Of a stretch of 64,000 bases of DNA, positions 22,263-30,826 are shown piece after piece; the stretch's first letter is position 1, and the number at the start of each line of letters is the position of its first letter. The position numbers and the translations under genes are program-made. Source of the stretch: Macrostomum lignano (Eukaryota); assembly GCA_002269645.1 (NCBI GenBank), contig NIVC01001453.1:1-64000 (forward strand), read 5' to 3'. The notes under the pieces are model-generated. The model had not been told where the DNA came from and searched no databases. It saw only the letters and a program-made list of their open reading frames with translations.

Positions 22263-23246
22263 CCATAGACAAAAATTAAAGTAAAAGATTCGATGCTTAA
22301 ATTAAAAGCGAGAAAGATAAGGTTTGGGCAGCTAGAGGAAATCAGAGAGAACTGAGAATCATGGAACACGACTTGGAACTCGCTTTCGACTGGTTGAATG
22401 ACATTGAATTAATTGAGAGAAAACGAGGCTTCTAGATTTGCTTTACTGTCCGATAACGAGGTTGCTGAAAGGATTGACGCTGCTGTGCCGGAATCGACAC
22501 GCCGGAAGGAACGATGGGCACTAAAGCTATTTGACGACTGGTTTCAGGAGAGGCAAACCAAACTGCTTCATGGAGACGCCTGCGGTCTATCTGTGTCTAC
22601 CTATCGGCCGGCATACTCTTGACTCCAATTGTGGCGAATATCACCAAACCCGTGTCTACGGATGGTAAATTCTCAAACCAGTCTCCAAGGAAGACTTGTG
22701 CCAGCACGTTGCATCGGGCTGGACTGGCTAGGGACGATATAGCCCGCGTCACTGGACATTCGTCCAACGCAATAGAGAGGTACATACGGCTAGACGTCAA
22801 GGACCATTCGCGTATGACCTACGCTCTACACGCCGGAGGAGCCGTGGAGTCCAATGGGCGGACCAATGAGCAAGATGTCGTGTCTGAGGGTACTACCAAG
22901 AAGATGCGCATGACTGTCCATGGTGACACCAACACCGTAGAAATCATGTTCGAGTAAATCGGCAAGAATTAATCGGTCTTTACTGCTGTTGATAGTTTTA
23001 TACTTCTAATGGACGAACTGACAAATTATAGTCGTTCTAAAATGTTCTCAGGCCTTGTTCTTAGGCCTGTTAACCGGTTAACAGGCCTCGTTTTGAGTTC
23101 TCAGGCTTCGTTTTTTAGTGAGGTTTGGCCATAGACTATCGTTCCACTAGAAAAGAAGGAGCCTAGGAATTTAGTGTGAACCGTCATATCTGTAGGTTAA
23201 TGATAGTTATTGGGCTCATCCTAAGCCAGGACCGCATAGTCTATGG
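22263..23246 (+). mobile_element. Internally deleted Crypton-like (tyrosine recombinase) element
   Basis: N-terminal fragment SRFALLSDNEV...AVPESTRRKERWALKLFDDWFQER fused directly to the C-terminal catalytic fragment FSNQSPRKTCASTLHRAGL...IARVTGHSSNAIERY (H-x-x-R...TGH...Y, with H>Q). Frameshifted. Ends are inverted CCATAGAC / GTCTATGG in TTAA-like context. Confidence 0.7.
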
Positions 23247-23744
23247 TTTAAAGTGCTTTAATTTTAGAACCATCGAATCGTTTGATGGGCTCAAAAAGTA
23301 AGACCATCAAATGATTCGATGATCCTGGAAATCGAAGCAGTTTGAATCGTGGACATTGTAAATGTATAAGGAATTCGTGTATACTGAGATCTGTGCTGTG
23401 ACGCAAACCAGTTCACGCAAATTTTCCAACTTGTAGGTGTGAATTTCAATATCCATTGGTGCATGCAATATCTAATCTGGCTTAGAAACTTCTTCGTGTG
23501 AAAAGAATAAAACAATATAATGGGAAAAATTGTTTCCAATGCGAAACTGGAGCAATCTGTCAGAAATGTAAAAAATTCGCTGACAGGATCTGCGAGCCGC
23601 ATATAGCTCGTACGAGCTGCTGATCGTTTTGCATCGGCTTAAACTTTTACTGCAGCTTTATCAACTGGTTTGACGAGCGCATCTTCAATTTCTTACTTTG
23701 TGACGCACTGCTGTTGAAGTTGTATGCAGTATGAGGATTTCAGC

Positions 23745-23751
23745 TCCTTGT

Positions 23752-23784
<33 letters not shown>

Positions 23785-23806
23785 TGTCTGTCTGTCTGTC
23801 TTAGTG

Positions 23807-23851
<45 letters not shown>

Positions 23852-23892
23852 TAGTGTGTCTGTCTGTCTGTCTGTGTGTCTGTCTTCTGTCT

Positions 23893-23927
<35 letters not shown>

Positions 23928-24001
23928 TAGTGTTTCTGTCTGTCTGTCTGTCTGTCTGTCGTCTGTCTGTCTGTCTGTCTATCTGTCTGTCTGTCTGTCT
24001 A

Positions 24002-24040
<39 letters not shown>

Positions 24041-24045
24041 TAGTG

Positions 24046-24094
<49 letters not shown>

Positions 24095-24135
24095 TAGTGT
24101 TTCTGTCTGTCTGTCTGTGTGTCTGTCTTCTGTCT

Positions 24136-24174
<39 letters not shown>

Positions 24175-24211
24175 TAGTGTCTGTCTGCTTGCCTTCCTGC
24201 CTGCCTGCTTG

Positions 24212-24278
<67 letters not shown>

Positions 24279-24295
24279 TAGTGTGTCTGTCCTTG

Positions 24296-24348
<53 letters not shown>

Positions 24349-24353
24349 TAGTG

Positions 24354-24398
<45 letters not shown>

Positions 24399-24439
24399 TA
24401 GTGTGTCTGTCTGTCTGTCTGTGTGTCTGTCTTCTGTCT

Positions 24440-24474
<35 letters not shown>

Positions 24475-24528
24475 TAGTGTTTCTGTCTGTCTGTCTGTCT
24501 GTCTGTCGTCTGTCTGTCTGTCTGTCTA

Positions 24529-24567
<39 letters not shown>

Positions 24568-24572
24568 TAGTG

Positions 24573-24621
<49 letters not shown>

Positions 24622-24662
24622 TAGTGTTTCTGTCTGTCTGTCTGTGTGTCTGTCTTCTGTCT

Positions 24663-24701
<39 letters not shown>

Positions 24702-24738
24702 TAGTGTCTGTCTGCTTGCCTTCCTGCCTGCCTGCTTG

Positions 24739-24805
<67 letters not shown>

Positions 24806-24822
24806 TAGTGTGTCTGTCCTTG

Positions 24823-24859
<37 letters not shown>

Positions 24860-24861
24860 GC

Positions 24862-24895
<34 letters not shown>

Positions 24896-24910
24896 GTCTG
24901 TCTTCTGTCT

Positions 24911-24947
<37 letters not shown>

Positions 24948-24982
24948 GTATCTGTGTATCTGTGTATCTGTGTATCTGTGTA

Positions 24983-25065
<83 letters not shown>

Positions 25066-25095
25066 TTCTGTGTATCTGTCTGTCTGTCTGTCTGT
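23745..25095 (+). repeat. (TGTC)n/(TGCC)n compound microsatellite with ~527-bp higher-order duplication
   Basis: Tetranucleotide array. The variant CTTGCCTTCCTGCC occurs near 24188 and 24715. Confidence 0.95.
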
Positions 25096-25511
25096 TTTAG
25101 CGCTTAATTTATACTACTTAATACAGTCTTCAGTAGCAACATGCAGACAATTTAAAGAGATTCTATTGACTTCTAAGCATTCCCTCAAAGTGTGCTAATT
25201 GAATCTGCCAGTTAATAATGCAAGTTCTGATTAAGATCAGGCAAGCTTAAAAAAGCTATCAGTTGCAATTTGACGGCTGAGAATCAACTGGATAAAATAG
25301 CAATGCAGAATCAGCAATCAAGTAAATTGACACGTTATATTTTATTTAAGCAGTGGGCGATAAGCTTCTTTATTAATTAGCTAATCAGTGTTATTGCTAT
25401 TGTTGGTAACATTAGCTCAGCGTCGAAGCGTCCATTAAATCAATCAGCATATCTGCATTTCAAAGCGCAGCCTCCCATCAGAATCAGTCAGACTAGCGCC
25501 AATCCCTTTCT

Positions 25512-25982
25512 CTAGTCGCTGTCATCTGCCGGCTCGATATTTCCCGTGGCAATGTCCATTGTGGCCACCGGTTTGTTGTAAGCGTTGAAGACGATCTTCT
25601 GGCCGTCCGTCTGGATGTCGGCATCGAGGCCTGCGGCATCCAGAGCAGCGTTGATTCCGCCAATAAAGTCGACGTTGTTATCAGGCTCAGAATCGTCGTC
25701 CATATCAGCCGAGCGCGGCCCCCTTAACGGAGCAGCCGAGCGCGGCCCCCTTAACGGAGCAGCCGAGCGCGGCCCCCTTAACGGAGCAGCCGAGCGCGGC
25801 CCGTATGCAGCAGCCGAGCGCGGCCCCCTTAACGGAGCAGCCGAGCGCGGCCCCCTTAACGGAGCAGCCGAGCGCGGCCCGTATGCAGCAGCCGAGCGCG
25901 GCCGTATCCAAGCAGCCGAGCAGATTAGAGCAGTGGAGATTAGCACCAGAGCGACAATTGGCAATGCGAGTTGGAACTTCAT
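25512..25982 (-). CDS. Secreted repeat-containing precursor (156 aa): signal peptide, Pro/Arg repeats, acidic C-terminal domain
   Basis: MKFQLALPIVALVLISTALICSA signal from ATG 25982. PRSAAPLRG x5 and PRSAAAYG x2 as in-frame 27/24-bp units at about 25707-25906. Acidic tail DMDDDSEPD...ADDSD. TATTTAA at 26090-26084; AATAAA at 25374-25369 and 25346-25341. Confidence 0.75.
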   Translation of the reverse strand: MKFQLALPIVALVLISTALICSAAWIRPRSAAAYGPRSAAPLRGPRSAAPLRGPRSAAAYGPRSAAPLRGPRSAAPLRGPRSAAPLRGPRSADMDDDSEPDNNVDFIGGINAALDAAGLDADIQTDGQKIVFNAYNKPVATMDIATGNIEPADDSD

Positions 25983-26779
25983 AATGCTTGCTATGCTGTA
26001 ATACTCGGTCTGTTTGTTGAATAATGAAAGGTGTTTGGAGTTAACTGGTTGGTTTTGTCTTTTTAGCGCTCTTGGATGCTCGCTTAAATAGTGGAGCCAT
26101 CGAGCGGCACTGTACCGCTCTGGGGTGAAAGCCATGGACTAGTCGGTAAAGTCAGACAGAATCAATAGCTTTGGCCATAGACTATTCATATCGGCTAGTC
26201 AGCAGCAGTCGTTTAGTCCTTCTATCTCTCTCTCATTTGTATGCGATTGAATTAAAAACTTAATGTACTTTTTCGATTCTTTAGGCTTCGCTGCTAAACT
26301 GAGGTTTCATTTCATCATTATAAAAGTCCATTTCTGTCATTCTAGAGACTTTGCTAGCGCAGCTTTGACAAGTTATCAATTGTTAATAATCATAAAACTG
26401 TAGGATCGAGGGTCTATTTTCAGAGCAGTTCATGATTGATTGACTGAAGATCAAACTGTTTGACGACAGCTACAGAAAAAAAATTGGATGAGACAGCAAT
26501 CGCATATGCCTGACCTTTTATTCAAGTGTCAGAAAAATTGTCACGTGTTATATTTGCTTCATTGCTCATCGCCAAGCTTCAGTTTCTATGCACTTGTAGG
26601 CTCGCATATGCACTTGTGTCAGTCCATTCTCGTTCAAAGGACTAAGAAAAATTAATTCTCCATTTTAGCAATCATCCTAAATACCATGTGCTCGCCCACG
26701 CGATCTCGCCCAGTCATGCAGTCACTCAGCTTTAGTGTCATGTTCTATCGCATATATCCATCGCATGAACTCTGTCACC

Positions 26780-28700
26780 AACGCATTCATGGACTCACTC
26801 ACTCACTCACTCATTCATGAAATCACTCATCAACTCACTCACTAATCAACTCACTCATAAACTAATTCATGAACTTATTCATTAAATCACTTATCAACTC
26901 ACTCATGAACTCACTCATTAAATCACTCATGAACTCATTCATTAAATCACTCATGAACTCACTCATGAACTCACTCATTAAATCACTCATGAACTCACTC
27001 ATGAACTCACTCATGAAATCACTTATGAACCCATTTATTAAATCTCTCATGAACTCATTCATTAAATCACTCATGAACTCATTCATTACATCTCTCATGA
27101 ACTCATTCATTAAATCACTCATGAACTCATTCATTAAATCACTCATGAACTCATTCATTAAATCACTCATGAACTCATTCATTAAATCTCTCATGAACTC
27201 ATTCATTAAATCACTCATGAACTCATTCATTAAATCACTCATGAACTCATTCATTAAATCTCTCATGAACCCATTCATTAAATCACTCATGAACTCATTC
27301 ATTAAATCACTCATGAACTCATTCATTAAATCACTCATGAACTCATTCATTAAATCTCTCATGAACTCATTCATTAAATCACTCATGAACTCATTCATTA
27401 AATCTCTCATGAACCCATTCATTAAATCACTCATGAACTCATTCATTAAATCTCTCATGAACCCATTCATTAAATCTCTCATGAACTCATTCATTAAATC
27501 ACTCATGAACTCATTCATTTAATCTCTCATGAACTCATTCATTAAATCTCTCATGAACTCATTCATTAAATCACTCATGAACTCACTCATGAAATCACTT
27601 ATGAACCCATTCATTAAATCTCTCATGAACTCATTCATTAAATCACTCATGAACTCACTCATGAAAACACTAATGAACTCACTCATGAAAACACTAATGA
27701 ACTTATTCATTAAATCACTCATGAACTCACTCATGAAATCACTTATGAACCCATTCATTAAATCTCTCATGAACCCATTCATTAAATCTCTCATGAACTC
27801 ATTCATTAAATCTCTCATGAACTCACTCATGAAATCACTCATGAACCCATTCATTAAATCACTCATGAACCCATTCATTAAATCACTCATGAACTCACTC
27901 ATGAAAACACTAATGAACTCACTCATGAAAACACTAATGAACTCATTCATTAAATCACTCATGAACTCATTCATTAAATCACTCATGAACTCATTCATTA
28001 AATCACTAATGAACTCATTCATTAAATCTCTCATGAACCCATTCATTAAATCACTCATGAACTCATTCATTAAATCTCTCATGAACTCATTCATTAAATC
28101 ACTCATGAACTCACTCATGAAAACACTAATGAACTCATTCATTAAATCACTATGAACTCTTTCATGAAAACACTCATGAACTCATTCATTAAATCTCTTA
28201 TGAACTCACTCATGAACTCACTCATGAACTCACTTATGAACCCATTCATTAAATCTCTCATGAACTCATTGATTAAATCACTATGAACTCTTTCATTAAA
28301 TCACTCATGAACTCATTCATTAAATCACTCATGAACTCACTCATGAAAACACTAATGAACTCATTCATTAAATCACTCATGAACTCATTCATTAAATCAC
28401 TCATGAACTCATTCATTAAATCACTAATGAACTCATTCATTAAATCTCTCATGAACCCATTCATTAAATCACTCATGAACTCATTCATTAAATCTCTCAT
28501 GAACTCATTCATTAAATCACTTATGAACTCACTCATGAACTCACTTATGAACCCATTCATTAAATCTCTCATGAACTCATTCATTAAATCACTATGAACT
28601 CTTTCATGAAAACACTCATGAACTCATTCATTAAATCACTCATGAACTCACTCATGAAAACACTAATGAACTCATTCATTAAATCACTCATGAACCCACT
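26780..28700 (+). repeat. AT-rich 24-bp (2x12) satellite
   Basis: Unit ATGAACTCATTCATTAAATCACTC with 12-bp subunit variants. Confidence 0.95.
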
Positions 28701-28867
28701 CGCTAAGATATAATATATGAATGATAAGAAACAAAGTCACAAAAAACATTTCTCAGTTATAATTCACTATTTTCTGAACTATTTGATGTCGGGTTTATTA
28801 GTTTTTATTTTTCTCGATTTATTTTAGAATCGGTTTCACAAGCCATGAGTTCCACAATTAGATTCAG

Positions 28868-29155
28868 TTAGATAAGCTTAGAGCAGTGCATTTCTTTAGG
28901 GGCAACCCAGTTGTGACTGCGGTACCAACGGCACTGCATCAAGCGCAGCATCATGAGTTCGGGACCGCGTTTGCTTCTCAAATCGAATCCTCCAGCGCCG
29001 GCGTCCAAGAGGTCGGCATAGGAGTCTTCGGTTGCTCGGACAATGGCAGCTTCCGCCGTTTGTGTTGTTGCAATTAGGACAAACAGGCAACCAATGAATG
29101 CCGCTACCATGACAACGCGCGATACAATGGCGGTCTTTCGTGAGTAGACAGGCAT
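28868..29155 (-). CDS. Secreted prepropeptide 2 (paralogue of 20275-20535): 32-aa two-Cys mature peptide
   Basis: Hydrophobic VVMVAAFIGCLFVLIATTQTAEA. Propiece TEDSYADLLDAGAGGFDLRSKR. Mature GPELMMLRLMQCRWYRSHNWVAPKEMHCSKLI at 28966-28871. TATAAAA at 29248-29242; AATAAA at 28809-28804 and 28799-28794. Confidence 0.87.
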   Translation of the reverse strand: MPVYSRKTAIVSRVVMVAAFIGCLFVLIATTQTAEAAIVRATEDSYADLLDAGAGGFDLRSKRGPELMMLRLMQCRWYRSHNWVAPKEMHCSKLI

Positions 29156-29241
29156 GATATGTTCTGTGGCGATGTGGCGGAGTTCTTGTCAGCGGTTAAG
29201 GTTTATATTTCTAGCTGTGAGCACATGCAGTTCTCCGCAGT

Positions 29242-29248
29242 TTTTATA
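29242..29248 (-). promoter_or_regulatory. TATA box of peptide gene 2
   Basis: Consensus TATAAAA on the minus strand, about 87 nt upstream of the ATG. Confidence 0.6.
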
Positions 29249-30013
29249 GCAGCTTTCACAGAGGAAAAAGCTGTCATTGGGCCTGACCCAGATTCCCCAT
29301 CAAATTAATATTCTGAACCGTGCAGTACGCGTTTCTGCGTCTACACGTGTCATTATTGTACTCGAAAATGCTAATTTGACTACTATAAAGTTTGAAATTA
29401 GTTTAGTAGTATATTATGCTTTGAATTAGTTGAGATGAAATCACTCATTTGCTGAATTTGAAGTCGCTTAAAAAGTACTCTAAATTTCATGAATTTTCGA
29501 GTGTAATTTTCGTTACAGGGATAGTTGATTACCTTACAGATAGTGATTTTTCAAGGTAATCTATAAAGCAGTTTAAACTATCAGAATGATTTAAAACATT
29601 ATTCCTTTTTCACAGTGACTTTTCAGAAGCAAGCTTATTCGTTGCTATTATATATTTACCATTCAGTTATGCGAACAAATTGTGGCATACGAGGCAAAAC
29701 CTGTGCTTGTTTTTAAAATTGGCAGACCAAAAGTTCGCCATATATCAGGCGACAACTTGAAATACTTTTCGCAAAATCTTGTCAAATCTGTGAAAGAAAC
29801 TTCAGATCAAAAGTCAGATCGTGTAGCTTTCTTAGCAACAAGAATTATTAAGTAAAAATCCGCTATCTGCCAGCTCATTACTTCCAATGGCAATGTCTAT
29901 TTTCTTGGGTGAAAGCCATGGACTAGTTTCGATGGCTGCTGGCGAGTCGTTAAAGTCAGACAGGATCAACAGCTTTGGCCATAGACTATTCATATCGGCT
30001 AGTCTGTAACCTA

Positions 30014-30311
30014 GGGGTTGTAGCCCAGTGGCTAGAGCGTCGGACTCACGTCTTGAAGGTCGGTGGTTCCTTTCCCGAACAATTTGTGTCCTTGAGCAAG
30101 ACACTTAACTCTGCTTTGCTTCAGTTTACCCAGCTGTAAAATGGGTGCCAGCATTAGCTGGGGTAATTGAGGGTGTGTGGGGACCCCCCCCCAGTCCTTG
30201 GGCTGAACAGCCGTACGCAGCCTTCAGATGCGCCGCGCAATAGCTGCGGCTGAGCTGTCAGTTGCACATCTGGCCCAATAGGGGAAGGTGTAATCAATTA
30301 TTTTTATTATT
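30014..30311 (+). mobile_element. tRNA-derived SINE with CORE(MIR)-like domain
   Basis: A box TAGCCCAGTGG (30021-30031) and degenerate B box GGTTCCTTTCC. Segment 30085-30145 (TGTGTCCTTGAGCAAGACACTTAAC...CAGTTTACCCAGCTGTAAAATGGG) resembles the MIR/CORE consensus. TTA-rich tail. The homologous block at 26123-26200 shows the empty site. Confidence 0.8.
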
Positions 30312-30826
30312 AGCCAGCAGTAGTCTTTCTCTCATACCTTTCTTATACACGGTTGTAAGTTCGCAAGTGTTTCGATGCATTCTGGCCATAGACAGATTAA
30401 ATGATTAATTACAGATTAATGTAGTAACAAACTGATAAATTAATTTGCTAATGCTTTTATGGTCATCCAGCCTGAGCTGTCTGCATTTGTTTGCTCGCAA
30501 ACCTTGGGTAAATAAGGTTTTAATTGACTGTCAATCACACACTGAAATACTAAAATTTACATTATCAGATCAAGCTGTTTAATTGCAGTGTGCTCGCACA
30601 GCAAATAGAAAACCTGCATGGCTACTAAAAACTGTAATGATAAGTCAAACAATTCTGCGTTAATTTTTCGTTTATATTGGGAGACAAAATCAATACTGAG
30701 GTCTAACAGTTACGGATGCCAGTCAGTGTCTCATCTTATTTATTGATGAAGCTGCACTAGTCTGTCACCAATCCACGGCTATACTCCACTCCCATTTGAC
30801 CCGACGGAACTCCATCAGCAGAGAAA

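Noticed and set aside
23731-25198. SVCL-repeat ORFs
   Set aside because: Translation of the (TGTC)n microsatellite.
25983-26135. 51-aa N-terminal extension of the repeat precursor in the ORF track
   Set aside because: It overlaps the TATA-like box and the shared upstream repeat block, and the signal peptide begins cleanly at ATG 25982.
26862-28597. Met-rich ORFs on both strands
   Set aside because: Artefacts of the 12/24-bp satellite.
28919-28951. Similarity of peptide 2 (MLRLMQCRWYR) to melanin-concentrating hormone (MLRCMLGRVYR)
   Set aside because: The cysteine positions and loop size differ, and paralogue 1 does not keep the matching residues; likely coincidental.
30014-30080. Possible tRNA gene
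   Set aside because: The B box is degenerate, no complete cloverleaf is evident, and the sequence continues into a CORE-like body and tail, so it is a SINE head.
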